Numbered from the stretch's first letter, positions 49,770-62,549 are shown. The stretch: 64,000 nt of DNA from Octopus sinensis (GCF_006345805.1 NC_043010.1:34038001-34102000), one strand, 5' to 3'. Numbers and translations: made by a program. Notes: generated from the letters alone by a model not told the origin.

Positions 49770-51376
49770 CTCTAATTCTGTTCGACCTGATAGCAGTAGC
49801 AAATTAATTAGCTTGCTTTGAAACAACTGGACCTGTCTTCCCATGCTTGCATTGTTTATTGTGGTCCCTTCATCTCCTTGAGATTGTCAACTTCCTGAGA
49901 TCAGCTTTCAATACCTTTTCCTTCCTTGGTCTTCCCTTTTGGCAAGTTACTTCCCCTTGAATCACTTGGAATTTCTTTACCTAACTACCATCCTCCACAT
50001 GTATTCTTGAGAGCACACAACTTCTGACTCCTCTTATATGGCGTTTTTCTTTCAGTTTCATTTGTGTTGTCATTCATGCATAATTACATTACACATCCAG
50101 TGGTGCACAGCTTTTACATTCAAAGTCCATGTCTCACTATCATGCAATATTGCAATATAGTCATTTCTTCTGATTTTTTATGTTCTGTGCTCAGATTCTG
50201 TCATGGTCAACTTTGCCTTTCTTCCTTATGAGGCCAATAAAATAAGTATCAGTGAAGCACTGGGGTCGATGTAAATGCTTATACCCACCTCCAAAATTGC
50301 TGCCCTCATGTAAAAATTTTAAACCATTGCTTATTAAATATAATAAATATTTTTCTCAAATAAAAATGAGTGTGCATGCAGTGGAGGGAGGAGGGAAAGC
50401 AAACATTTCATGCAAATCCTTGCCTTTGGTTTTTACTTTTTGTAAACCCAACTTCTTCAAAATAGGCAAAAACTAAATATTGTAGAAAGCATTTAGTCTG
50501 TTTTTTTTCTTTTTTGCAGTATTTCTGAATTCTTTAGACTAGATATGAGGCCAACTTATTTCATCAAATTAGTGTATATCTAATCACTCTGGGAACCATT
50601 TTATTTATTCTGGAATTCTATTGTTCCTGACAAACCCACAAGCCTGAAAGAGGCATGTGATTGCTTTCGTTTGAGCAAATGTTCCATAGGAGAAGTGGTA
50701 TAAGCAACTGAACCAAGAGCGATATAAGTATAGCAAAGTTGGCCCTGTGTATGAGGACAGAATATCTCCCTCTTTTTTTTTTATTAAATGAGTTAAAAAG
50801 TAGAAGTTATGTCTATGATCTTTACAAGCTCCACTACCACACTGGTAAAATTGATGCAGATGTGTGCAGAGAGGGAACCAGAGGGAATTCCAGAAATCCA
50901 AGAATCATGTGGTGGTGGTGGTGTTAAACTGGGCAGCATGTTAGTTGTACTTCCCAAATTAAGTACCAAGTCATTAATTGTTAAATAGTAATTAATGTTA
51001 AGTATTCAGTTCAGAAATTTTGTGTTATACAGCTATTTGCTCCCACTTCTTTTGGCTAAGCTGTTGTAATAATTTTTGACTTAGGCACATGCCTGGAAGT
51101 AAATGAGAATTTAGACGGTATAATGTGGTTGCTTTTCTCGAGTGCACAAGGGGCATTGATTCGATTGAAACCAGCAGCAGATTTGGCTTATTTCAAGCTT
51201 ACTCTTTGCTCTGCGACCAGTATGCATTGTGAAGTTAAATGCACTGACAGCCATGAAATTAGTTAAGCTGGAGTCAGTAAAACTAAAACATTGCTGAGCA
51301 ACGAAACACGCTAAGAAAATGAGGACTGGGTTTAGCCTAGGCACCAGATATTACAGAAGTTTACAGAAAAAGGGAG

Positions 51377-51429
<53 letters not shown>

Positions 51430-52721
51430 CACATATATTGTAATATTGATGTTGGCAGATGAAAGGTAGCACAAAGTCAATATGGGATTTGAACAGACAG
51501 TATATTGCAATGCTTGTATTAAACACTACCATTACCAGCACTGTCTAACATTAACGGCAATGGTAGTGAACCAATGATAGAGTCTTCCTCTACATGGCCA
51601 CTTAACCTGCTTAAAATAGCTGTCTAATAAACCCCTTCTTAAAAGAAAGCAAGGGCACATCAGATAAATTATTACAATAACTTAGCCTCGATATGTTTGA
51701 ACATAAACAAAAAAAAAAACTGATCTTGCCTTTTCATTATAGGGCAGCTGGATCAGTGTTGACCTGGGGCTAAACAATAATACTACTGAGTTAAAATTTT
51801 AAAGGTTTCGATGCTATTCAGCCTTCAACAGTTAGTAATATATTTACCAGAAATTTATTAGTATGCTAATAAATTTACCTCTCTTACATATGCAAAGCAG
51901 TTCCAATGTGAGTGCCTCTGCATGGTTGCTCAACTTGCTAGAAATAACAGCGAAATATTCCTCAAATCCCACTCAACTGTCTTAAAACAAAGGAAGGACA
52001 GATTGGATAATGTAGCTCTGATTCTAGTCATGCACTATGTATGACTAAAAGACAGGATGGTCACAGGAGGAATCCCTATAATCACAAGTCTATTGCGTGA
52101 GGGTTGACCTGTGACTTAACAACAACAACAAAGTTGTGCCTTTGGAGTGTCTAGTGAAAAGATGGGATGGAAGTGAGAAATTGTGACATTAATGCTTCTC
52201 CTTATGACAATTAGTGTAATTAAGTGGCTGGAGCTGAAACCAGGTTACTGCTATGTCTCACCAGAACCCTACTTTTTCTTCACAGTAATACTACAATATA
52301 AGCAGGGAGAGAAACCAAAGAAGTGAATAATCAGAAGGGATGAGTGTACAAAAATGGCAAACAAATGATCTGAAGTCTGTGCCCTCACAACCAGTTGGCA
52401 TTGTGCCTCTTTCTTTCCAGCACAAGGTGTTAAATTGGCAATGTATCAGCAAATGAGAGAGAGAAAAACAGAGAACGAGAGAGAGAGCAAGTTTGTGTGT
52501 GTGAGAGAGACTCAGTGATGAAAAACTTACTATCCAATGACCAAGTTGTCTACAGTAGTGACAAAGTCAACACCCTTCCATTATGTAAAACCAAAATAGA
52601 ATTGGCTACAACTGGGAGTTGAAAGTAGCTTTTGGATTCAGTTTGCCAAAAGCCTACCTATTATTGCTGTGCAATAATTATTGTAAAGATAACTACGACA
52701 ACTATAATAATTATAAATAAT

Positions 52722-53326
52722 AATGGTTTCAAATTCAGGCACAAGGCCAGAAATTTTAGGGGAGTGGGTTAGTTGATTACATCGACCCCAGTACTCAACT
52801 GGTACTTATTTTATCAACCCCGAAAGGGTGAAAGGCAAAGTGAACCTTGGCAGAATTGGAACTCAGAATAGAAAGACAGACGAAATGCCACTAAGGATTT
52901 TGCTTGGTGTGTTAACGATTCTTTTCTACTGTAGGCACAAGACCCAAAATTTTGGGGGAGGGGGCTAGTCGATTAGATTGAACTCAAGAGGATGAAAGGC
53001 AAAGTAGACTTCGGTGAAATTTGAACTCAGAACATAAAGACAGACAAAATACCACTAAGCATTTCACCCAGCGTGCTAACGTTTCTGCCAGTTACCCCTC
53101 CCCTATTCTTAGTTTCAAATTTTGCACAAGGTCAACCAGTTCAGCGGAGTGGGTGAGTTGATTACATCAACCTCAGTGTTGAAGTGGTACTTATCTACCC
53201 CCCCCCCCCCGAAAGGATGAAAGACAAAGTTGACCCTGATGGCATTTGAACTCAGAATGTAAAGTTGGAGAAAATGCTGCTAAGCATTTTTCCTGGTGCA
53301 GTAACAATTCTGCCAGCTTGTTGCCC
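52722..53326 (-). mobile_element. Three head-to-tail tRNA-derived SINE copies (family B)
   Basis: Three repeats of GGCACAAGG...GATTACATCGACCCCAGT...GGATGAAAGGCAAAGT...TTTGAACTCAGAA...CTAAC.ATTCTGCC (B-box GAGTTCAAAT on the minus strand). Confidence 0.85.
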
Positions 53327-53624
53327 TATTGATCATAATAATAATAATAATGTTTTCTAATATGAACACAAAGTCAGACATTTTGAAGACAGGCACAGCT
53401 GAATACATTGACACCAGTGCTTCTTTTATTGAGCCTGGAGGATTTTAAAGAAAATTTAACAATAATAAAAAGGATTTCAAAAATTATTTTTGCTATGTAT
53501 CTTGCCTTGGACCCTCAAATTTTGATGGAGTTGTAGTAGTGCTGTTGTGATATACAGTATATCTTGAGCATTTAAATTTGGCAGAGCCCATCTTTCTCTA
53601 GCCTGACCACAACAGATTTCATCC

Positions 53625-53626
<2 letters not shown>

Positions 53627-53718
<92 letters not shown>
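53627..53718. repeat. Compound (TA)n(GA)n microsatellite
   Basis: Directly visible. Other (TA)n/(CA)n/(TG)n arrays lie at 8610, 15706, 17348, 20350, 21577, 38089 and 47960, and a poly-A run at 34917-34940. Confidence 0.95.
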
Positions 53719-53722
<4 letters not shown>

Positions 53723-53827
53723 TGTGAAGAGAAAAAAGGAGAGAGACAGGCAGAAAGAAAGAAGAAATCAACTTCAGTACTTTATGAAAGGACAAAAGGT
53801 GATCTAGGCAAGATTTGAACTGAGGGC

Positions 53828-53880
53828 TTGGAAAGCAATCTTTCTGATGCTCTAAGAGCATCAGAAAGATTGCTTTCCAA
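53828..53880. repeat. Perfect palindrome, 26-bp arms with a 1-nt spacer
   Basis: TTGGAAAGCAATCTTTCTGATGCTCT-A-AGAGCATCAGAAAGATTGCTTTCCAA. Confidence 0.97.
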
Positions 53881-54924
53881 TCAATTTGACACTATTACAA
53901 AGCTATGTAAGAAATCATCACTGCCATTGCTGCTGCTGCCCCTGCCTCCTACTACTACTGCCGCCACCACCACCATCATTTGCAGGGAGGGGTTACTTGA
54001 TTAAATTAAATTAACCCAGTTCTAGATTGGTACTTTATTTTATTGACTCAGAAAGCCTGAAATTCAGCAGGATTTGAACTCAGAACATAAAGTGACGTAG
54101 CAAATATTGCAAGGCCTTTTGTATGACACTCTTAAATGAGTCTGTCAATCCACCACATTTTAATAATTAATTAATTAATTGATTAATTAATGGTGATGAT
54201 GATAAGCAAATTATTAAGCACTATGTGACTGGAGTATTAACAGAATAACAAAAATGTGCTATACACTGTAAGACTAAAGTATGAAATGCTGTCACAAGTT
54301 GTGACAGGCAAGAAGCCTTTGTGTATAGGTGGACTTCTGAGTAAAAAATCAATATTTACCATTGCTAGTTTATACAGCTAATGGTCAAGATGTACTATAG
54401 GAAATTGTTGACATTCTTTTAGGTTCTATATCAAGTTGTTTTGCAGGTAAATAAATAAAACAACAATAGCAACAACAATGACTTGATAGCAATCCAAATT
54501 GGTTATCGACTAGAAATCTTCATTAGAATGAATATTTCCTCTCTCTCTCTCTCTCTCTCTCTTGGAGAAGCACAAGCACCTACACACACATATACACACA
54601 TGGCAGTAACTTCTGCCTACCAAATTCAATCACAAAGCTTTGGTCGGCCCGGGGCTATAGCAGAAGACACTTGCCCAAAGTGCCACGCGGTGGGACTGAA
54701 CCCAAAACCATGTAGCTAGGAAGCAAGCTCCCTAACCACACAGCCATGCCTGTGCCTACAAGTATTAATGGATGTGTATATCATTTCTGATTTGCCAGAA
54801 TAGTGGACAACTTGATGTGACTGAGGCAAAGACATGATAATATATGCAAACATCATCCCAGTATAGCACTAGGTATGGTAGGCTTTGATAAACTTGCTGT
54901 GATGACTGAGAGGCAGTACTTTAA

Positions 54925-55319
54925 CCCTTTTGATACCAACTGGCACTAGAGACCATCCTTGATTCTAGGATACAAACTTCCTGTTTTGAAGTGATCTAAA
55001 ATTAAAATTCCATGTTATTTTATGTTGCAAAGACTGGCTTTATAATAAATTATTGTTTTATCATCTGCCTTAATCAAGCAAACCCCAGTGATCAGAGGTG
55101 TTTCAGCTGTGATCATACCTGTCTTATTTTGAGACACAATATAATTAAAACTTAATTCTTCTGTGATTATATTTCTCTTGAAACACAGTGTTTTTGTTTC
55201 AGCTAGTTTTGAAAATAATGGAAAGTTTAGTAAAATAACTTTGTCATATTTAATCTGGTGTTTGGAACATAAAGGTTTTAATGTAAATCACTATCTCAGG
55301 TGGGTTGGTATCAAAAGTT
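54925..55319. mobile_element. piggyBac-type MITE (CCCTTTTGATACC family) with an internal insertion
   Basis: TTAA|CCCTTTTGATACCAAC at the left end and GTTGGTATCAAAAG..TTAA at the right. Related fragments lie at ~14762 and ~25078-25238. Confidence 0.6.
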
Positions 55320-56264
55320 TTAAACACAACCGGATGTGATTTGAGGGAAATTTGGTTACTATTTATAGCAGATAAAACCTTGCGAAAGCCTCGAGGGTCA
55401 CACACGACTTGTTTGGGCCAAGTCAGCCCTGACTGAGCAAACCTTATAACGAAATGTGTTCAAGCCATGATCACCTCAACACATTTTTGAGACATAGTGT
55501 ATCTAGATCTACATTATGCAGTCAATGAACCTTTCTTTTAGCTTTAAGACACAATAGGGTGTGATTTGAGTGAGATACTGTTGCTATTTATAGCAGGAGA
55601 AATGACAACATAGAGACCCCTCCCTCTCTCTTGCATTAGCTTGAGAATAACATACATTCATACTTATAGACACCTCATAGGAATTGTCAAAGCTATAGAC
55701 GGTGACAATGGTGTAAGCATGACAATAAAATCTCTGGTAAAACACAACATGGTAAACAACAAGTAAGTAAATTCAGAGTATGTACAGTGCATGAGTACAT
55801 ATTTGGTGTATGTACAGTGTTTCTGTACATATTTAGACTTGCTGTGAAGGAATGTTCAAGCTAACAGACTTAAGGTAAATATGAGAAGAAACTGTCACTG
55901 AATTTCAGTCTCTACATCTTGTCAGAGCCAGCCACCAGTTGATGTCTTTGCCTCTCTTGTTTAACACAATAATTCTGTGAAGCAAGCAGACAGTGGCTCA
56001 AGTCTGACAAGGAGAACAGGAGCCGAACCATTCCAGAAAACATTATACAGTGTATGAAAGAGTAAATTCTATGTATGCAAATATATAACCTTTCTCTCTC
56101 TCCTCTGTGTGTGTGTGTGCATGTGCACACATGAGCAAAGTGAAGCCTACCAAGAGAAGATGTATAGCCCAGTAACAAATCACTGTCTGGCTGGCATGCT
56201 AGTTTAGCTTGGATAGTATTGCAAGTCAATCTGGTGTCTATTCTCATGAGATTTAATGAACTCA

Positions 56265-56410
56265 GGTGTGTGTGCCCTAATGGTTAGCGTGTTCATTTCA
56301 TGATCATGAGGTTGTGGGTTCAATACCTGGGCAGAGCAGTGCAATGTGTCCTTGAGCAAGGCACTTCATTTTACATTGCTCCAGTCTACTCAGTTGAACA
56401 TAAGCTTTGG
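56265..56410 (+). mobile_element. tRNA-derived SINE head with a conserved central domain (family E)
   Basis: CTAATGGTTAGCGTG...GGTTCAATACC followed by GTGTCCTTGAGCAAGGCAC...GCTCCAGTCTACTCAG. A reverse copy lies at ~6440-6600. Confidence 0.7.
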
Positions 56411-57004
56411 CCAAGTACTAGGGTAGTCCTCATCCCCTTTGAATGTTACATCCTACATATGCCACCAGATCAAGGGTGAGGGGGGTGAGAAAGTGTGTGT
56501 GTTCTGTAACTGCTTGTGACTGCATAAGCACATGAAACAATTAGTGAAAGCATGGTACATTTTACCAAGCTGTCTTTGCTTGTGAGTGACAGCTGGTTTT
56601 ACAATAATATTAAGTATATTGCTCAAAGCATGACAAAACATAGGCAGTGGATTTGAACATTGAATTTATGAACTGACAGGAAAGTTAGATGTTACATATT
56701 TAGTTTCATTGTGGGCTAAATATTCCATTATAATCTAAATATTCTCTCATACCAAGATAAAATGTTTTATCTATACAAAAACAAAAACAAATATAGCTTA
56801 AAAAATAATCATATTGAAGATGTTAATTTACATTACTTCATGTTTCAATAATAATTATTTAAAAAAAAAGAGTATAAGATAACTTTACTAGAATTAGTGC
56901 CAAAAAATTTATTTTACAAAAATATCAATAACTTTTTATCTTGTGATTCAACTAAAGGAGTCAATTAAGAAAAAGAAAAAAGAAAAAAAAACAACAAAAC
57001 AAAA

Positions 57005-57405
57005 CAGGCGTGGCTGTGTGGTAAGAAGCTTGTTTCCCAACCACATGGTTCCAGGTTCAGTCTCACTGCATGGCATCTTGGGCAAGCGCCTTGCACTATA
57101 GCCTCAAGTCAACCAAAGCTTTGTGAGTGGATTTGGTAGATGGAAACTGAAAGAATCCTGTCGTATATATGTGTGTGTGTGTGTGCATTCGTCTTTGTGT
57201 CTGTGTTTGTTCCCCCATCACCACTTAACCAGTGTTGGTGTGTTTATGTCCCCATAACTTAACATTTCAGCAAAAGAGACCAACAAAATAAGTATTAGGC
57301 TCAAGAAACGAGTCCTGGGGTTAATTTGTTTGACTAAAACCTTTCAAGATAGTGCTACAGCATGGCCACAGTCAAACGACTGAAACAAGTACAAGAATAC
57401 AAGAA
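57005..57405 (+). mobile_element. Near full-length tRNA-derived SINE (family A)
   Basis: Head GGCGTGGCTGTGTGGTAAG...GGTTCAGTCTCA (A/B-box-like), internal (TG)n and tail GACTGAAACAAG. Many homologous copies occur in the window. Confidence 0.85.
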
Positions 57406-57464
57406 TAATACTCTCTGAAAGTATTTGGCAAATGAGCAGAAACAATGTAGGGTGAATGGCTTAA

Positions 57465-58035
57465 CCCTTTAGAATTCAGATTATTCTGTCAAATGTAATT
57501 TGTTACCTCCGCCAAGGAAGGAGGTAATGTTTTCATCAGCGTTGGTTTGTCTGTCTGTCCGTAAAATAACTGAAAAAGTTGTGAACTTGCAGGAAAAGTT
57601 GGTAATGATACAAGGAACACATGATGAAATTTTGGTAGTGATCTGGGAATTTTTATGGATTCTTGAAAGATTTTTCATTTGTTATATTTACTTTACATGA
57701 AGTATGTTCTTTGATTTTCTCCCTTGAAAACACGTTCATCGTTTGCACGTAACTTATGGTGGCATTGCTGTTTCCAAAGTTTATTTTCGTTTCTCTATTA
57801 GTAATTTTGCTTGCGTATCTATCTTAAAATGAAGCCTTGACTATTGGGATTGACTCTAGTTGGCGGAGGTCTGTGCTCTCCGAGTGCTTTTCTAGTCTAT
57901 TTATTCCTATTGTTTTGAATTAATCATGCAGCATCTTGTAGCTTCAATATTTCAGTGATGTTAATGTTTACTTTTAGAACCACATTACAGAGTAGGTGTT
58001 AAAGGCTGTATATGGCCGGTTTAAATGCTAAAGGG
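57465..58035. mobile_element. piggyBac-type MITE (TTAA|CCCTTTAG...CTAAAGGG|TTAA) interrupted by a nested element
   Basis: TTAA at 57461-57464 and 58036-58039, with CCCTTTAG TIRs. A related opposite-orientation copy begins at 37721. Confidence 0.8.
57503..57895 (+). mobile_element. Helentron-associated non-autonomous element (HINE/DINE-1-like)
   Basis: Subterminal inverted repeat ACCTCCGCCAA (57505) / TTGGCGGAGGT (57860), a (GTCT)n tract after the 5' repeat, and a 3' hairpin GTGCTC-TCC-GAGTGC followed by a T-rich end. Confidence 0.8.
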
Positions 58036-60424
58036 TTAATATAGTCCTGCCAGATACAAAGCAACATCTCTACAGGGCCACCTTAGCAGCATTATAGAAC
58101 CCTGAACAAATCAATGCAGTGGGTCCTAAAATATTTATTTATTGGCAGCAAGCCACAGTATACATAGATCAGAAGTGGGTCCCCAGGGCAAACCCACTGT
58201 GCCTATGCCTTAAGACAGCATGGCAACTCTAATGCTGGTTCCATGACAAAATGTACCTAGTACATACAATAAAGAGGCTGCAGTTAGGAAGGGCATCCAT
58301 TCATAGCAACTGTAGCAGAAGTGAAATGCCCAATTAATACTTGGTCCTCTGACCCGGCTAGGAGGGCTAATAGCCCTGAATAAGAAGTGATGTGATTTTG
58401 CACTGTGATAATTCTGCCTAACCCATGCCAGCATGGAAAGTAGGCACATGATGATGATGATAATGGTGGTGGTGATCTAGAGTAAAATGGAAGATTGCAG
58501 CTGACCACAGGCAATCAGTACATTGTAATCCAGTTACTGCCTCTGGGTTATTCTATCGATGAGAGTAAAGTACCTAAGTCAAAGACATTTAACTCTCAAC
58601 AATAGAATTTGCCTAACCGATACTAGTGGATACTGCCACATGGTAGAACAAAATCACTGCTGTAAATAGTACTGTACTAACCATTCAAATCCACCACATT
58701 TAATTTCAGTCAATGGTAGTGAAGCTAAGGTCTTCAATGGGTTACAGTCTGCATGGTGAGGAGTTAAAACAATCTCACCACGAGGTTTGCATGACTTAAC
58801 AAAAATTAGTTCGAATTTTGCTTCCTTGTTGTAATAAGTTGTCTAGGAAAGAAAGATATAAGGAAAAAGAAGCTAAAAAAAAATTAAAACTTTTTGTTTA
58901 AATCCCATCCGTAACAAAATGGACGACCTGGTTCAAAGTTCATTTTCCTAAAGTTTAAAATTAAACCACACCCATCTTGTAACTTTTTCCCCCAAAGTCA
59001 AAGTGACATGTTTAAATAAGTCTAAAAAGTATATTATTTCAACCAATAGTATTTTTTTAAAATGTCCCTCTATGTAAATAACCTATTCTTAGTTGAAAAT
59101 TGTCTGGTCTCCATTGTTTAATGTAGCTTTGACTTATTTAACTCCCTCTGCCATCGCCACCACTGCTGCTGCTGCTACCTTCCACACCACCACCGCTGCC
59201 GCTGCCACCACCACCAGCACAGCCATCATCATCATCATCATCACCACTTTAACATCTATTTTGCAAAATATTGTATAGATCTACTGTATATACTACAACA
59301 GTTATGTATCTGTATCCTGCACATTTATTTCAGAGGGGATTTTTGATTGGCAGGATGGGAAGTAGAAAGACAGTTCCTGGTGGGACAAGCGAAGGAGCAA
59401 GAAAGAGATAGAGAAAGAGAGAACTAACAGGAGCGAAGATAAATTTCAAAGGGAGTGTGGCACATTGTATCTAATGAGAGATAGTTATTTTTTTTTTACA
59501 AAAAAAGGAAAAGAAAACAGAAACTGAAATTCCATCTAAAAAATTTGAAGAAGTCCATTTTGGCGGTTTAGATATATTTTTTGCTTTCTTGGTTTGAATT
59601 ACACAGTTTCTATAATGAAACAGAGGAGATTAAACTGCGTCCAGGAGTGAGATCCTGGTTAAAGAGTTCCAGAGTTTTGAAGAGTGTGGAATTACTTCTT
59701 AGCCACTACTGCTCCTAGGTCTATGCTGACCTGGGATAGTAGCAGCAGTCAGAGTTTCTGTTATGGAATTGCCTCTGGAAGGCAGTCAGTCACAGACACC
59801 TCAATGGGTCCAAGACAGATGAGGTCCTTCAGCAATTTAGCGGTTCATCAAAGAGAAGATAACTCCATACAAATCCTGCATCCTGACAACTGCTGGGCTC
59901 ATGTCATTTGACCAATACAAGTTTAAAGGATGAGAGTGGGACTGGCTGTATACAAACCAAGCCTACTATAGTAATATTTACTATGCAGGTTGTTCAGCAA
60001 ACCAATACCATCACACTTTCTTCATAAGTTCAGAGGCAAGGAAAGGAGGTGACATGAATAGGTAGAGGATGCTATCGGAAGTCTGTAGCTTTGGCACTAC
60101 ATACAAATAACTATAGGAGAGAGATGCTTTCTGGTTGTATTTTCTTAAATCTTCATTCATTGAAGCAGTAGGAGAGTCCAACAACAACAACAAAAGAGAA
60201 ATATAGAAATAATACATTTCTAAATCTCTCAGAGAGATTTATGCAGTAGTGATACGATAAAGTAGTTGTATGCTGTCAACTTAATGTGACAGTCCCACGA
60301 AGGGAGTAATACTACTGCTATTTAGCCCTAGGAAGCAGCACCACTTCCTGTCAGCCGTGACACATTTCCAGTGTCCTTATGTTTACAAGAGGGAGATAAG
60401 CACCTCCACCCAGCTAAGCCAGCA

Positions 60425-60467
60425 TCCAGAGACTAGTTTCTGAGTCATTGCTCATCTTCAATCTGGA
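60425..60467 (-). ncRNA. Minimal type I hammerhead ribozyme motif (C3U variant) in a Penelope-type terminal repeat
   Basis: The minus strand reads UCCAGA-UUGAAGA-UGAG-CAAUGA-CUCA-GAAAC-UA-GUC-UCUGGA: 6-bp stem I, 4-bp stem II, palindromic stem III ACUAGU and a GUC cleavage triplet. Confidence 0.7.
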
Positions 60468-61309
60468 GTAGCTTGGCTTGCTTGTTGGAGATGCTTAATT
60501 TCCCTATCCTTCAAGGATAAGAAGCTGGTCTTTGTCACAGAAAACTTGGTGCTGTGAGCTAACGAAATGTGTATTATCCTTATAATGCTGCCACTGTACA
60601 CGGAAGTGAACTGGGCAAACCACTCTATCTTCTTGGAACCATATGAAGTTGGGGATTGAGCTCAGGTGTTTAGAGTTAAATGCCTTTAATATAAACATGC
60701 AGGTATACTAGCATATACTAATTTTCTCTAAAGAGAGAGAGAGTGAAAGAAAAATGAAAAATAAAGAGAGAAAAAAATGTTGACCTATCTGGAAGGATTT
60801 TCCTGTTACTTGAACCAAATCTAAAAAAAGGTTACAAAATATCAATAATTGTTTACCTTTCGAATAAGGAGTCAATTTGAAATAACATATTACCAAAGAC
60901 ATATCTTCACTACAGATGTGTGTCTGCATGTGTGTATGTAGAATGTGTAAAATCAAGACAAAAAAAAATACTCATTATCAACTTATCTTTTGACTAACAC
61001 AAAACTATTTTGAACAAACCTTCCTTGATGAGAAATAGTTCATAAACAACTGCACTTAAAATTACACATCTATAATTGCAGTTGTAATGAATGTGAAGTA
61101 AAATGAATTCAGTGAATCCATTCCCAAACCTCAAAAGCCCATAGGGTCTTTACATAATTCTGGGTTTCTATAATATTGAAGAGAGAGAGAGAGAGAGAGA
61201 ATTCCTCTTGGGTATGAAGTTAGTGTATTGCAGATAATTTTCTCCTAAATCCTGGCCAGGTGCCTACTGTATATGCATTTGTAAAGAAGACTTAGCCTAT
61301 CATCTAGCT

Positions 61310-61589
61310 CAATGGTTCCCAAAGTGGGCAGTATCCTCCCTCCCCAACTGGGGATGGTGGAAAGTTTCAAGGGGGTGTTGAAGAAAAGAAGGGCGATAAT
61401 GGGGTAGCGATTTATGTAAAAACAACAGAATAATGGGCTCATTAGGTTAAGTTTTATATGTGAAATATAGTTGCTTTGAATTTGCTTCAGAAAGTGATCT
61501 ATGTTTGTGATGGTTAGTTGGGGTGGGGGCACTAGGAATGTGGTCTGGGTGTCAAGGGGGTTGCAGCCTGCAAAGTTTGGAAACCACCG
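61310..61589. mobile_element. hAT (Charlie-like) MITE, 280 bp
   Basis: Perfect 8-bp TSD ATCTAGCT (61302-61309, 61590-61597). TIRs CAATGGTTCCCAAAGT / AGTTTGGAAACCACCG. Confidence 0.85.
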
Positions 61590-62549
61590 ATCTAGCTGAA
61601 GGATGCTCTTAGCAGAGTCCATTTTGTTGTAAGCACTGATGGGTGGATGGCCAAGTTTCTGGTCTGAAGAAAATTGCTTCAAGATATTGACTCCGTCACA
61701 CATACCCTCTGCTAGCCACAGAACACCAAGAAAAGGCCATAAGCATTGACCTTTTTTCTTTATCTAAGCCTTATAAAAAAACTTCTAGCAACCCAATAGG
61801 AACTCCCCTATTCAGGTCCCATAAGAGCCAATTCTTAACTTGGATGGCTCCAACAAATGGGACATAACTTCCAATCCTTCTAACAGAATTCCAATTTATC
61901 TTGGAAAACATTCCTGGTCAGTCTGTGACTGATTTCAGACGACTAAGTGAATTCAAGTAATGTAGAATAAAGTGTTCTACCGAAGAAACTGTTTACAAAA
62001 TGTTTGCAATAAATCTGAACTAATGAAGGCATATGTGTATAGGTGGGGAAGTTAAAAGTTAAAAATAATACTGATAATCTGAAAATTATTACATTTGATC
62101 TATAAAATAGGAGACATCCACTCTTATTGACATAGAGCTGGTCTGTAAGTGGTCACTCAGCTTGCTAGAAATAGCTGCCAAGATCTCTCAAATCATACCG
62201 GTCAGTCTTAAAAGAAAATGGATGGAATAATATGATCCTACATACACTGTCTGAAATAAAGGTAAAAAGGTCACAATTGGAATGTCTTTGATTAAAAGTC
62301 TGCTATTCGGTGCTCATCTGGAGTCAAACAATAAGCCTGTAATGTGGCTTTATATTTGTTATTCTGAGTTTCAGGATGTTTTTTTCATATTTGTTCTATT
62401 TTTAGTATTTATTTTGAGACAGAAGGAGAGTGCTTTTAGATTTTACAGCTTTGGTGAATGTTAAGAGTTATAACATGAATGATGCAGTCCCCATAGATAC
62501 AGGAAAAACTCCAGCTAGAGCCAATCAAGAAACCCCACATATCCAGGAT

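Noticed and set aside
50560-50930. Moderately complex segment with ORFs on both strands and a strong plus-strand acceptor at ~50519
   Set aside because: All frames after the acceptor close quickly and no protein family could be recognised.
52722-53326. Repeat-spacer-like periodicity suggesting CRISPR
   Set aside because: The units are ~200-bp diverged SINE copies in a eukaryotic context, with no cas genes.
56265-56330. tRNA-like A/B boxes here and at other SINE heads
   Set aside because: They continue into SINE bodies and lack a closable acceptor stem, so they are not tRNA genes.
61245-61703. 152-aa minus-strand ORF
   Set aside because: It mostly reads through a non-coding hAT MITE and has no transposase motifs.
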